A stretch of 63,954 bases of DNA, taken from the IMG/VR virus record IMGVR_UViG_3300004154_000014, positions 1-63,954 of that record; one strand, given 5' to 3'. The DNA comes from a virus (Duplodnaviria; Caudoviricetes). Positions 37,206-47,031 of the stretch are shown here, piece by piece. Both the position numbers and the translations under genes were made by a program. The first letter of the stretch is position 1, and each line of letters begins with the position of its first letter. The notes below the pieces were generated by a model that did not search any database, was not told the DNA's origin, and was given only the letters and a program-made list of their open reading frames with translations.

Positions 37206-37347
37206 GTAACTACTCCCTGACTACGGTCGGGGAGTAACCCTTTTACACAACACCACACAACACACCGGAGACAGACAGATCCAAGGAAGTAGCACCCACT
37301 TCCCTCCTATATCCCATCACGCTTATTCCCCTCGAGTAGCCTGCACA

Positions 37348-37358
37348 CGCTGCGCTCA
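37348..37358 (+). promoter_or_regulatory. Repeated early promoter-like motif (copy 2)
   Basis: CGCTGCGCTCA followed by 12-bp hairpin and TCCCTTAC. Confidence 0.65.
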
Positions 37359-37408
37359 GGGACTGGAGTCATGTGAACTCCAGTCCCTTACAGTAGAGGA
37401 GAAGAGCG

Positions 37409-37627
37409 ATGAGCAAGTGCCACTTGAGTGTCCAGATCCAGCCTGTGGAGTTCACCAGCAAGAAGACACGAGTGCCGGTGAAGTTATACAAGGCGAGCTT
37501 CTATAGAGAAGAAGAAGATGGGGGATTGAGTAGCGGAGTATATATCCGAGACCAATTCCTAACTTCTTCCGAAATTCACTCCTTCACCACTTCCCTCATT
37601 CGAGATGGCATCCACATCCGATACTGA
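37409..37627 (+). CDS. Early hypothetical protein
   Basis: GAGGAG RBS, follows promoter motif. Confidence 0.6.
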   Translation: MSKCHLSVQIQPVEFTSKKTRVPVKLYKASFYREEEDGGLSSGVYIRDQFLTSSEIHSFTTSLIRDGIHIRY

Positions 37628-37747
37628 CCCGATACCCAATCGCCTCACCCCGATATACTCCGATCCCATGGGGGCCTACTCCGTAGGCTCCTTCGCCTAG
37701 TTCCCCAGAGAAGTCTCCATGACGACCTCGCCCCAACCCTTTCCCAA

Positions 37748-38146
37748 GTGGATCTACTTCACAATCTCGGCTGCTGGTGTGTTGCTCCACCATGGCCTGA
37801 TCTGGCCAGAGGACCTCCCGATGCTCAAGCGCCAGCTCGAACACGGCCAGATCCTCGAGACAGGAATCCTCCACTGATGGACGCCTACCACAACAGCCAC
37901 GTCTTGCGGTACCGCTACAACCTGATGCGAATGGACCTGCTACTGGGCGATAAGGATGCAGCCCTATTGCACTTCCTCTACATCAAGCGTGAGGCCTACG
38001 CGATCATCCGAGCCCTCGATGAATCTGCAGAATCAACCATGATCAAAATCCTCAAACATGAGTTCCCTGTGGGTATCAATACCTGGGAGGAGTTCTGCCT
38101 CCATCACCTGCCCTACAAGACCCACACCACCAAGCTCTTCTCCTGA
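37748..38146 (+). CDS. Hypothetical protein (start uncertain)
   Basis: ORF in early block with plausible C-terminal half. Confidence 0.4.
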   Translation: MDLLHNLGCWCVAPPWPDLARGPPDAQAPARTRPDPRDRNPPLMDAYHNSHVLRYRYNLMRMDLLLGDKDAALLHFLYIKREAYAIIRALDESAESTMIKILKHEFPVGINTWEEFCLHHLPYKTHTTKLFS

Positions 38147-38203
38147 CCCCCATCGCTGGCCCCAATCCCTTGCCATTCATACCCTCTGGGCACTGGCTTC
38201 TCT

Positions 38204-38214
38204 CGCTGCGCTCA
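38204..38214 (+). promoter_or_regulatory. Repeated early promoter-like motif (copy 3)
   Basis: CGCTGCGCTCA upstream of Drc-like gene. Confidence 0.65.
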
Positions 38215-38268
38215 AGGGGTGGATGGGCGAAGACCCTCCATTCACATCCCTTACCTAGGAGAAACACC

Positions 38269-38553
38269 ATGGCTTTCCTCAAAGATAACGAAACCACTGG
38301 CAGCAACGGTTCCAACAGCAAGAAAGAAGACTGGCAGGCCGATGCCTTCCTGAACTTCTACCTGCCCGACCGCTCGGGTGAGCGACGCAAGATCGGCTCC
38401 ATTCCGTTGAAGAAATCCCGCCAGACTGACAAGCAGCTGATCGACCGTCTCAGCGCCGATCCCTCGCTGTCCCAAAAGCTCCTCGAACGCATGGTCTGCG
38501 AGTACAACTCCGCGGAGCTGGACGAGACCAAGAAGCTGGACTTGGACTTCTAA
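38269..38553 (+). CDS. Drc-like ssDNA-binding RNAP II cofactor (functional analogue of N4 gp2)
   Basis: ADAFLNFYLPDRSG..KIGSIPL..KLDLDF resembles LUZ7 Drc as recalled; early position upstream of RNAP II genes. Confidence 0.65.
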   Translation: MAFLKDNETTGSNGSNSKKEDWQADAFLNFYLPDRSGERRKIGSIPLKKSRQTDKQLIDRLSADPSLSQKLLERMVCEYNSAELDETKKLDLDF

Positions 38554-38603
38554 CTCACATGGGCAGGCCTTCAGGTCTGCCCGTCCTTTTCATGGAGCAC
38601 CCC

Positions 38604-38798
38604 ATGGATACCTACACCCTCACCTACTTCACCGCAGACGGTAAGCCTGCCGAGTACCAGGTCCAGGCCTACAGCGCCAGCTATGCCGTCATCCTGACTG
38701 GCCAGTGGATCATGAACCACCACAACACCATTCACCGCCCGGCCCTCTATGGCCCCAAGGGCGAGGAGATCATGCCTGCCGGCGAAATCTGGTTCTGA
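38604..38798 (+). CDS. Small hypothetical protein
   Basis: GGAG RBS, 64 aa. Confidence 0.55.
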   Translation: MDTYTLTYFTADGKPAEYQVQAYSASYAVILTGQWIMNHHNTIHRPALYGPKGEEIMPAGEIWF

Positions 38799-38802
38799 TT
38801 TC

Positions 38803-38835
38803 TCGATCACCCTTCGGGGTGGTCGACCCTTTTTT
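38803..38835 (+). terminator. Rho-independent terminator (UUCG loop)
   Basis: TCGATCACCC-TTCG-GGGTGGTCGA + T-run. Confidence 0.75.
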
Positions 38836-38856
38836 CCTTCCCCCGACAGACAGGCT

Positions 38857-38867
38857 CGCTGCGCTCA
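38857..38867 (+). promoter_or_regulatory. Repeated early promoter-like motif (copy 4)
   Basis: CGCTGCGCTCA directly after a terminator, upstream of RNAP II operon. Confidence 0.65.
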
Positions 38868-38912
38868 TGGTGTGGCGTGCGCTCGTGCATGCCTGAAACC
38901 AGGAGACAGACA

Positions 38913-39656
38913 ATGGCCATCCTCAACAAGCACCACGGCAGCATCCCGGCAGATGCCATCTACATCGGCCGTGGCAGCAAGTGGGGCAATCCCCATGTGA
39001 TAGGCCAGCATGGCAACCGCGACGAAGTCTGTGATGCCTACGAGCGTGACCTACAGGCCAAGATCCGGGCCGGATCGATTCCACTCAAAGACCTCGCTGC
39101 CCTCCATGGCAAGGACCTGGTGTGCTTCTGCATGCCACAACGCTGCCATGGGGAAAGCCTGGTCAAGGCTGCCCGCTGGGCATATGACCAACTGCAAGCC
39201 AAGGAGTTACCCGTGACAGAACCTACCCCTGCATCCCGTCCCGAGTTCAAGCTGATCGTGGCCGGCGGTCGGGACTTCGACAAGTACCAGCGCCTGGTAG
39301 ACGAAGTCACTCGCCTGGCTGAGAACGAGCTGAAAGCCTTCGATGTAAGCATCGTCTCCGGCATGGCCAAGGGTGCCGACCGCCTGGCCTACCACTTCGC
39401 CAAGAGCAATGGCATCAAGGTCTACGAGATGCCCGCCGACTGGGATACCCATGGCAAGCGAGCTGGCTTCCTGCGCAACGAAGCCATGGCAGCCATGGCC
39501 GATGGTCTGCTGGCCTTCTGGGACGGTCAGTCCCGTGGCACCGCCCACATGATCGAGACCATGAAGGCCCTCAAGAAATCCACCCGGGTGGTTCGCTACG
39601 ACACCCCGCCGGCGGTGAAGGCCGGACTGTTCATCCCCAACGAAACTAAGGAGTGA
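38913..39656 (+). CDS. DUF4326-like domain fused to YspA-like SLOG domain
   Basis: YIGRGSKWGNP..GKDLVCFCMPQRCHGE + LIVAGGRDF..VSGMAKGAD..AGFLRNEAM..FWDGQSRGT. Confidence 0.8.
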   Translation: MAILNKHHGSIPADAIYIGRGSKWGNPHVIGQHGNRDEVCDAYERDLQAKIRAGSIPLKDLAALHGKDLVCFCMPQRCHGESLVKAARWAYDQLQAKELPVTEPTPASRPEFKLIVAGGRDFDKYQRLVDEVTRLAENELKAFDVSIVSGMAKGADRLAYHFAKSNGIKVYEMPADWDTHGKRAGFLRNEAMAAMADGLLAFWDGQSRGTAHMIETMKALKKSTRVVRYDTPPAVKAGLFIPNETKE

Positions 39657-39659
39657 ACC

Positions 39660-40628
39660 ATGCAACTGACCATGCTGCCCCGTGATCTGCAACGGGCCAA
39701 CGAGTACCGCTTCAACCGCCATGCCGTGGACCGCTACATCGAGATGGAGCTGCGCGCCGAGCCTGCGATCATGGAACGCCATGGCAAGGCCGTAGGGCTC
39801 GTTGAAGCGTGGTTGGCTACCGACCACTACCCCAGCAAGAACGAACGCCTCCTACCCCTGCTGCAGCTCGATACAGAGGCATTGGTGATGGACATCCTCA
39901 TCGCCTCGGCCTACTGCCAGATCCCCGAGACCCTGGTCTGTGTCAGCGCCAAGATCGCCAGCCGGCTTGGATTCTCGGACAAACCCACTGGGGTAAAGAC
40001 CGCTGCTGAGCTTTTGGCACTGGTCTGCGAGGTGGATCTGTACGACATCTTCAAGGTGTCCAAGTACGGCACCACCCTGGTCAAGAGCAAGCTCGGCTTC
40101 TCCGACCAGCTGATGACCTACATCGCCAACTGCCGCTACCTGCCACCCATGGTCTGTGAGCCCAACGAGGTGACCAGCAACATGGACAGCGCCCACCTCA
40201 CCGTGGGTAAGTCCAGCCTGATCTGCGGCAAGGGTAACCACCATGAAGGCAACATCTGCCTGGACATCATCAACCTGCAAAACCAGGTGCCCTTCCGCCT
40301 GTCCCTGGAAATGCTCTGCACCATGGACGAGCAGAAGCCCAGCAAGTTGGAGATCGAGGATCTCACCGACTTCGACAGCCCCGAGGCCAATGAGCTGCGC
40401 GAGCGTCTCGAGCAGTGGGAGCTGTTCCGTAACGAGAGCTACGAGCTTTACAAGCTGATGGCCCTGCAGCGCAACCGCTTCTTCCTGACCCACAAGGTCG
40501 ACAAGCGTGGACGCCTGTATCCGCAGGGCTACCACATCACCTACCAAGGCACTGCCTTCAAAAAAGCCATCGTCGAGCTGTATGACGAAGAAGTGGTGGA
40601 AGGCGTGCCCGATCACCTGCGTACCTGA
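39660..40628 (+). CDS. RNA polymerase II subunit 1 (N4 gp15-like)
   Basis: YLPPMVCEP, THKVDKRGRLYPQGYHITYQG (T7-like N-terminal half). Confidence 0.9.
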   Translation: MQLTMLPRDLQRANEYRFNRHAVDRYIEMELRAEPAIMERHGKAVGLVEAWLATDHYPSKNERLLPLLQLDTEALVMDILIASAYCQIPETLVCVSAKIASRLGFSDKPTGVKTAAELLALVCEVDLYDIFKVSKYGTTLVKSKLGFSDQLMTYIANCRYLPPMVCEPNEVTSNMDSAHLTVGKSSLICGKGNHHEGNICLDIINLQNQVPFRLSLEMLCTMDEQKPSKLEIEDLTDFDSPEANELRERLEQWELFRNESYELYKLMALQRNRFFLTHKVDKRGRLYPQGYHITYQGTAFKKAIVELYDEEVVEGVPDHLRT

Positions 40629-40714
40629 TCCAACCTCCGCTGTAACCAAAACCAGAAAACTACAAGGCCCATCCGGGGCCTCTCTGGACCTGCGCCCATT
40701 TCTAGGAGAATCTC

Positions 40715-41971
40715 ATGGAAACCTTCACCGGATTCGAGTACCTGCTGATCGATGCCTGCAACACCTTCGGCAACGACAAGTGGCTGTTCCGTGATCGGAT
40801 TCAGTGGACCCTGGACCACCTGGATCAACTCGAGGACATGGTCCCGCAAGCCGAGACCAAGCCCTTGTTCCTCAAGGCCGTGCAGGCCATTCGCAAGGCT
40901 CAGACCGGGCAACCCTCCGGTCACCTGGTGGCCTTCGATGCCTGCTGTTCTGGCTTGCAGATCATGTCGGCCCTAACCGGCTGCGTGAACGGCGCCAGCG
41001 CGACCGGCCTGATCGATCCCGATCGCCGAGCCGATGCCTACACCGAGGGTACCGACCGCATGGGCGAGATCCTCGGCGGGACCATCGTGATGGACCGGGG
41101 ACCGGTGAAGAAGGCGGTGATGACTGCTTTCTACGGCTCGAAGAAGACGCCCCGCGATCTGTTCGGGTCGGACACCCCCGAGCTGAGTGCGTTCTATCAG
41201 ATGCTCAAGGAAATGGCCCCGGGCGCCACCGACCTGCTGGAAGTGCTGCGCGACAGCTGGAAATCCGATGCCCTGGTGCATGAGTGGACGCTGCCCGACG
41301 GCTTACATGCTCGCGTCAAGGTGATGGTCACCAAGCAGGTGCCCATCGAGGTGGACGAACTCGATCACCTGACCTTCGAATACCAGTTCGACGAGAACGA
41401 GCCGGTGAAGCGTGGAGTCGCCAACATCGCCAACGTGGTCCACTCCATCGATGCCTACCTGCTGCGCTCGCTGCTCAGGCGCTGCAACTACGACCACTCC
41501 CAGGCCTACTTTGCCTTGAAGTGCATGGAAGCCGAGAAGCTCTCGCGCCACCTGGGGCTAAGCCAGGAGATCGAACTCGACGAGTTCTGGTACCCGGAGT
41601 GGCACACCCTGTGCAAATCCTGGCAGCGCAACGGCATGGCCGATGTGGCGATCCTGCCCTACATCAACCGCGACACCGTGACTGGCATGAAGGATGCCCA
41701 TTTGAGCGCCCTGCTCAAGGTGGTCAACCAGATGCTGACCTACAAGCCCTTTCCGGTGGTGACCATCCACGACAGCTTCGCGGCCCACCCCAACAACGTG
41801 AACTGGGTGCGCCACTGGTACAAGGAACTGCTCGCCGAGCTGGCCGAGAGTCGGATCATCGACGACATCCTCAGTCAGCTCTACGGCTTCTCTGGAACCT
41901 TTTCGCGCAAGTGTGAAGACCTGTCGAGGCTGGCCGAGAAGATCCGCGCCAGCAACTACGCACTCTCCTGA
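40715..41971 (+). CDS. RNA polymerase II subunit 2 (N4 gp16-like)
   Basis: FDACCSGLQ (motif A), KKAVMTAFYGS (B), ANVVHSIDA, TIHDSF (C). Confidence 0.93.
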   Translation: METFTGFEYLLIDACNTFGNDKWLFRDRIQWTLDHLDQLEDMVPQAETKPLFLKAVQAIRKAQTGQPSGHLVAFDACCSGLQIMSALTGCVNGASATGLIDPDRRADAYTEGTDRMGEILGGTIVMDRGPVKKAVMTAFYGSKKTPRDLFGSDTPELSAFYQMLKEMAPGATDLLEVLRDSWKSDALVHEWTLPDGLHARVKVMVTKQVPIEVDELDHLTFEYQFDENEPVKRGVANIANVVHSIDAYLLRSLLRRCNYDHSQAYFALKCMEAEKLSRHLGLSQEIELDEFWYPEWHTLCKSWQRNGMADVAILPYINRDTVTGMKDAHLSALLKVVNQMLTYKPFPVVTIHDSFAAHPNNVNWVRHWYKELLAELAESRIIDDILSQLYGFSGTFSRKCEDLSRLAEKIRASNYALS

Positions 41972-42016
41972 GTAGAGGGGGCGGCCTTCCGGCCGCTCCT
42001 TCCCTGCCCCACCTGC

Positions 42017-42043
42017 GGACCCTTCGGGGTCTGCCCCTTTTTT
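42017..42043 (+). terminator. Rho-independent terminator (UUCG loop)
   Basis: GGACCC-TTCG-GGGTCT then CCCC and T-run. Confidence 0.7.
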
Positions 42044-42156
42044 CAAGCCAGGAGACAGTCTCGAGACTTCTCGAAAGACTTCTCCGGAAAGGGGTACCGA
42101 TATTCTAGGTACCCGAAAAACTGCTCATTCGACGATATACAGCCGAGGCCCTATCT

Positions 42157-42462
42157 ATGTCCCAACGCAAACTCAGCGATGCCCAGAAAGGGCAGATCGC
42201 CTATGCCTTCATCAACAAGCTGCTTGACCGCAGTGAATTGGCCGAGAAATACCAAGTCAGCCGGCGCACCATCGATCGTGTCCTCCTGGAGAAGGAGGCC
42301 GTGGAAGCCTGCGTGCGCCCCACCGAACAGGATCGAGAGTTCCTCAAGATCCTCAAGAGCCACGTCATCACCCCGGGGCAGCTGGAGTTCCTGCTGCGCA
42401 AGAACAAGGTCAAGATCAACACCAAGAGGCAGGCCGACTATGGCTACAAAGCAACCACATGA
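42157..42462 (+). CDS. Small HTH-containing protein
   Basis: RSELAEKYQVSRRTIDRVL. Confidence 0.7.
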   Translation: MSQRKLSDAQKGQIAYAFINKLLDRSELAEKYQVSRRTIDRVLLEKEAVEACVRPTEQDREFLKILKSHVITPGQLEFLLRKNKVKINTKRQADYGYKATT

Positions 42463-42637
42463 GGCCGTAGTGCCTCAGACCCTATGGCCCACCCTGGGCA
42501 GCCTGAACGAAGCGGTGGAGCACATCGTCGGTTTACTGCCTCTGGTTTCCCGCAACGACCTGGTCGCTGCCCTGGGTACTTACCACAACACCCTGCTGCA
42601 TGTTCAGCACCAGCAGAGACAGTCTCATGGTCATTGA
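42440..42637 (+). CDS. Small hypothetical protein
   Basis: LWPTLGSLNEAV..ALGTYHNTLL; overlaps both neighbours. Confidence 0.55.
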   Translation: MATKQPHEAVVPQTLWPTLGSLNEAVEHIVGLLPLVSRNDLVAALGTYHNTLLHVQHQQRQSHGH

Positions 42638-42812
42638 CCTCGACGAGCGCCAGCTGGCCTGTGTGCTGGCAGGCCTCCGCCTGCTCCAACGTAGCCCCTC
42701 AAATGAACTGCCCAGGGACATAGCCTACATTGCCAGTGGCGAGGACGAGTTCGAAGTTCTTAACGAGGATGAGATCGACGAGCTGTGTTTCTTCATTAAC
42801 TACACCGAGTAA
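42627..42812 (+). CDS. Small hypothetical protein
   Basis: LACVLAGLRLLQ..EIDELC. Confidence 0.55.
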   Translation: MVIDLDERQLACVLAGLRLLQRSPSNELPRDIAYIASGEDEFEVLNEDEIDELCFFINYTE

Positions 42813-42817
42813 GTAAT

Positions 42818-43018
42818 ATGGATGCTTTTGTTCTCTCTAGCTGTGTACTTTGTGCCTCCGCTTTTGCTGGTTATGTCGTAGGTGGGTCTGTGGGTAAAGA
42901 CGCACTAGCCAAAGGCTGTGTCGAACAAAGCGAAATGACTGTACGGAAAACCGTTTATTTCTGTAGGCCACTGGCTTATTCGGTAAATGGTGTCCGCTTC
43001 AACTTTAAAGAGCAGTAA
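42818..43018 (+). CDS. Small membrane protein
   Basis: N-terminal hydrophobic helix; locally AT-richer. Confidence 0.5.
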   Translation: MDAFVLSSCVLCASAFAGYVVGGSVGKDALAKGCVEQSEMTVRKTVYFCRPLAYSVNGVRFNFKEQ

Positions 43019-43046
43019 GTTCATTTTGAATATCTAGGAAACTTTC

Positions 43047-45053
43047 ATGCCCAACTTCAAACAATTTGCTGAACAAGTTCATGCTCGCTTTGTCGAGATG
43101 TCCCAGCATGAACTCTTCACCGTCGAGATGGACCGCGACGAACTCTTCACCGTATACCTGAATGCCTTTCCGGTAGGTACCAACGAAGTGTTCCGCGAGC
43201 GCACCGAACATGATTGTTCGTGCTGCAAACAGTTCATCCGTAACTTGGGCCATGTCGTCGCCATTGTCGACGGCATTATCCAGACTGTCTGGGATGTGGA
43301 GTTGGATACCAACTATCCCTACAACGTGGTGACTTCTGTTCTGAGCAACTATGTGAAGAACAAAACAATCGCTGGACTGTTCCGCACCAAGGAACGCCAG
43401 TATGGACAAGAGGTCAACTACGAGCAGACGGCCCAGGGTGTGCTCACCTGGCACCACTTCCATGGCCGGGTCAGCGATAAGCATTTCTTCCACTCTCCGG
43501 AACAAGCCAAGGGCGAGTGGGCCGGACGTGTCCAGGTGCTTCGCCGCGGCCTGGAAGAACTGGCGCCCAGTGCCTTCGAAACGGTCATCGAGCTGATCGA
43601 GGCCAAAACCCTGTACCGCGGGGAAGAATTCCTCGCCACCCTCAAAGACTTCCAAGCCGTGCAGGCAAACTATCGGAAGCTGGACAACCAGCAACGCGAG
43701 AGTTTCGTCTGGGTACATGGCGGCCCGTCTCGGATCGCTGGCCTGCGTAATTCAGCAATCGGTACCCTTCTTCAGGATCTTTCCACCGGCGTGGAACTGG
43801 AACGTGCTGTGCGCTCCTTCGAGAGCAAGGTGGCGCCGACCAACTACAAGCGCCCGACTGCACTGATCACTCCGCGGATGATCCAGGACGCGATGAAGAC
43901 CATCGACCAGCTGGGCCTGGAGCCATCCCTGACTCGTCGGCATGCAACCCTCCATGACCTCTCGGTGAACAACGTCCTCTGGGTCGACCGCGAGGTGCGA
44001 AACCAGATGAAAGACAGTCTCACCACCCTGCTGATGAAGACCGCGGTGATGCCCAAGCTCAGCCAGCAGCCGGATAGGGAGGTGGGCATCGACACCTTCA
44101 TGAAAGAGATAGTGCCCAACGCCCGGGAGCTGTCGCTCTACGTGACCAACCGGCACCTGGCGAACTTCGTCAGCCTGACCGCGCCCCAGGAAGACAACGT
44201 GAAACCGCTGTTCAAGTGGGACAACCCCTTCGCCTGGAGCTACGACGGCAACGTCACCGATGCGATCAAGGAGCGCGTCAAGAAAGCCGGTGGCAACACC
44301 GATGCCCATCTGCGCATCAGCCTGGCCTGGTTCAACACCGACGACCTGGACCTGCACGTCGTCGATCCGCAGGGCACCGAAATCTACTTCCTCAACAAGC
44401 GATCACGCTACGGCACGCTCGACGTGGACATGAACGCAGGCTACGGCACCACGCGCGAGCCGGTGGAGAACGTGGTCTTCAGCAGCAACCTGCCCGACGG
44501 CGAGTACAAGGTTTTCGTCCACCAGTACAACCGCCGTGAAACTGCGGATGTCGGCTTCACTCTTGAAGTCGAGCACCTGGGCAAGATCAAGCAGCTGAGC
44601 TATCCGCTGGCAGTCGACCGGAAGGCAGCGATCCAGGCCGTTACTCTGGTCCTGTACAAAGGGAAGATCGCCCATCTCACCCACCACTATGCAATGACCG
44701 GCCAAGGGATTTCCCAGGAGAAATGGGGAATCAAGACCGAGGACTATGTCCGCGTGTCGACCCTGATGCACAGCCCCAACCACTGGGACGGCGAGCAGAC
44801 CGGCAACAAGCACTGGTTCTTCATGCTCGAAGGCTGCCGCAATCCCGACCCGGTGCGCGGATTCTCCAACGAGTTCCTGCGCGCCGCCCTCGACAAGCAC
44901 CGCAAGGTCTTCGAGGTACTGGCCAACAAGACCCTCTGCCAACCAGCCGACCAGCAGCTGAGCGGCCTGGGTTTCTCGTCCACCCGCGGCGATACCGTCA
45001 AGGTCCGTGCCCGGATCGGCAGCTTCATCCACACCTACAACATCGCCTTCTAA
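43047..45053 (+). CDS. Large conserved phage protein with YfaP/DUF2135-like domain
   Basis: EHDCSCCKQF N-terminus; LRISLAWFNTDDLDLHV..LDVDMN..PVENV. Confidence 0.75.
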   Translation: MPNFKQFAEQVHARFVEMSQHELFTVEMDRDELFTVYLNAFPVGTNEVFRERTEHDCSCCKQFIRNLGHVVAIVDGIIQTVWDVELDTNYPYNVVTSVLSNYVKNKTIAGLFRTKERQYGQEVNYEQTAQGVLTWHHFHGRVSDKHFFHSPEQAKGEWAGRVQVLRRGLEELAPSAFETVIELIEAKTLYRGEEFLATLKDFQAVQANYRKLDNQQRESFVWVHGGPSRIAGLRNSAIGTLLQDLSTGVELERAVRSFESKVAPTNYKRPTALITPRMIQDAMKTIDQLGLEPSLTRRHATLHDLSVNNVLWVDREVRNQMKDSLTTLLMKTAVMPKLSQQPDREVGIDTFMKEIVPNARELSLYVTNRHLANFVSLTAPQEDNVKPLFKWDNPFAWSYDGNVTDAIKERVKKAGGNTDAHLRISLAWFNTDDLDLHVVDPQGTEIYFLNKRSRYGTLDVDMNAGYGTTREPVENVVFSSNLPDGEYKVFVHQYNRRETADVGFTLEVEHLGKIKQLSYPLAVDRKAAIQAVTLVLYKGKIAHLTHHYAMTGQGISQEKWGIKTEDYVRVSTLMHSPNHWDGEQTGNKHWFFMLEGCRNPDPVRGFSNEFLRAALDKHRKVFEVLANKTLCQPADQQLSGLGFSSTRGDTVKVRARIGSFIHTYNIAF

Positions 45054-45069
45054 GCCAAGGAAAAACCTC

Positions 45070-45471
45070 ATGAATATCTTTGAACAAGCCAGCCGGCAGA
45101 AGCTCCGTTTCGAGACCCATCGCGGCATTCTCTCCGTCGAGGACCTCTGGGACCTCAAGCTGCAATCCCGTGATGGTTTCGATCTAGACACCCTGGCCAG
45201 GAAGACCAACCACCAGCTGCGTGAGCTGACCGAAGAAAGCTTTGTCGAGACCAGCGTCAATCCGGCCAAGGTCACTCTGGAACTGAAGCTTGAGATCCTC
45301 AAGCACATCATCCAGGTCAAGCTCGAAGAGCGCGATGCCAAGACCAAGGCCGCCGAACGGGCCGTGGAGCGCCAGCGTCTGCTGGAAGCCCTCGAGCAGA
45401 AGAAGGGTGAGGAACTCAACGCCCTCTCCGCCGAGGAAATCCAGAAGCGAATCCTCGCGCTCAACAACTGA
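45070..45471 (+). CDS. Conserved phage coiled-coil protein
   Basis: FEQASRQKLRF..LSVEDLWDL; AAGGA RBS. Confidence 0.75.
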   Translation: MNIFEQASRQKLRFETHRGILSVEDLWDLKLQSRDGFDLDTLARKTNHQLRELTEESFVETSVNPAKVTLELKLEILKHIIQVKLEERDAKTKAAERAVERQRLLEALEQKKGEELNALSAEEIQKRILALNN

Positions 45472-45517
45472 TCCATCCGGGGAGACGTGGCCTCCCCTCT
45501 TTTTTTAGGAGATTCCC

Positions 45518-46546
45518 ATGGCCGAACTCAACGCCGTATCCCTCAAGCAAGCCAAATCCCAAGTCGTCCTCGCTCTCAAAGCCGGCCTGGTGCCGATGCT
45601 CTGGGGCTCGCCGGCGATTGGCAAGTCCTCGTTGATCCACCAGATCGCCAAGGAATTCGGCCTCAAGGTCATCGACCTGCGCCTCTCTCAGTGTGAGCCG
45701 ACCGACCTGCTGGGCTTTCCGAGCATCGTCGGCGGACGCTCCAGCTACGTCCCCATGGACACCTTCCCGCTCGAAGGTGACGAAGTGCCCAAGGGCTACC
45801 GGGGCTGGCTGCTGCTGCTCGATGAGCTGCCCTCGGCCAGTCGTGCCGTTCAGGCCGCCAGCTACAAGCTGATCCTCGATCGCATGGTGGGCACCCACAA
45901 GCTCCATTCCAAGGTCTCGATCGCTGCCGCCGGCAACCTGCTGACCGACAACGCCATCGTCGAGGAAATGAGCACCGCGCTGCAGAGCCGGATGGTCCAC
46001 TACGTCATCAAGATCAATCCCAAGGACTGGCTGGAATGGGCCGTGGAGAAAGGCATCGATCACCGCATCGTGTCCTACATCAACTACCGCCCAGACATGC
46101 TCTACACCTTCGACCCGGACCACACCGACAAGACCTACGGCTCGCCGAGAACCTGGGAATTCATCGACAGGATCGGCCTGGCCAACAAGGGCGAAATCAG
46201 CCGGGAGATCCTGCCAACCCTCGGCGGAGCGATCTCCTTCGGTCTGGCCAACGAGTTCCTGGTGTTCTGCGACATCTACACCAACCTGGTGAAGGTCGAG
46301 GAGATCATCCACGCGCCGGATACCGCCCGGGTACCCACCCAGCCGAACATCCTGTTCGCCCTGACCGGGATGCTCAGCTACCACATGAGCGTCGAGAACG
46401 CCGAGGTGCTGATGAAGTACATCGCTCGCCTGCCCATCGAGTTCCAGATCATCACCCTGCGCCAGGGCATCCTGCGCGACAGCGGGGTGAAGGGCTTGAA
46501 GCCCGTGCAGGAATGGGTTGCCACCAACGCCAGCGCAATGTTCTGA
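45518..46546 (+). CDS. MoxR-like AAA+ ATPase (N4 gp24-like)
   Basis: GSPAIGKS, LLLLDEL, AAGN, SPRTWE. Confidence 0.88.
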   Translation: MAELNAVSLKQAKSQVVLALKAGLVPMLWGSPAIGKSSLIHQIAKEFGLKVIDLRLSQCEPTDLLGFPSIVGGRSSYVPMDTFPLEGDEVPKGYRGWLLLLDELPSASRAVQAASYKLILDRMVGTHKLHSKVSIAAAGNLLTDNAIVEEMSTALQSRMVHYVIKINPKDWLEWAVEKGIDHRIVSYINYRPDMLYTFDPDHTDKTYGSPRTWEFIDRIGLANKGEISREILPTLGGAISFGLANEFLVFCDIYTNLVKVEEIIHAPDTARVPTQPNILFALTGMLSYHMSVENAEVLMKYIARLPIEFQIITLRQGILRDSGVKGLKPVQEWVATNASAMF

Positions 46547-46554
46547 GGTGAACC

Positions 46555-47031
46555 ATGGGAGATCGCGTAGGCGTTACCCTGACCATTCTGGCTTGCCACC
46601 AGGCACAAGCCGAATCCTTGATGACAAATGATGGCGAAGTGGAGGGTTGGTATCCCTCTGAAGAAGATGGTGAAGCGCTGCTGGTCTACACCTTCACCGA
46701 GGTCAACTACGGCGAGCTGATTTGTTGTACAGCCTTCCGTAAAGCTGGCATTCCCTACCATACCGAGTGGGATGCCGGTGGTGGATTCCAGGCCGGTAAG
46801 GAATTCTCCCGTTACACCAAAAACGGTGAGAATCGCAAGAACGTAGTCGATGCTGACACCCTCAACCCCACTCTGGAGTCTCTCGAGAAGATCCTTGTCA
46901 ACCCAGAGCCCCTGGAGAATCTGCGTAGATACCTGACTGGATTCCGTGCGCTCTATCGTCCGCTCCCCTGGGCAAACCAGGAGGAGTACGCCAAGCGTTT
47001 TCTGGCCCTGCAGCTGATCGACCCTTCGTGA
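46555..47031 (+). CDS. Hypothetical protein
   Basis: GAGG RBS, tightly packed in operon. Confidence 0.65.
   Translation: MGDRVGVTLTILACHQAQAESLMTNDGEVEGWYPSEEDGEALLVYTFTEVNYGELICCTAFRKAGIPYHTEWDAGGGFQAGKEFSRYTKNGENRKNVVDADTLNPTLESLEKILVNPEPLENLRRYLTGFRALYRPLPWANQEEYAKRFLALQLIDPS

Noticed and set aside
42157-42462. CI-like immunity repressor
   Set aside because: An HTH is present, but there is no peptidase domain, divergent cro or operator array; no lysogeny switch identified in the window
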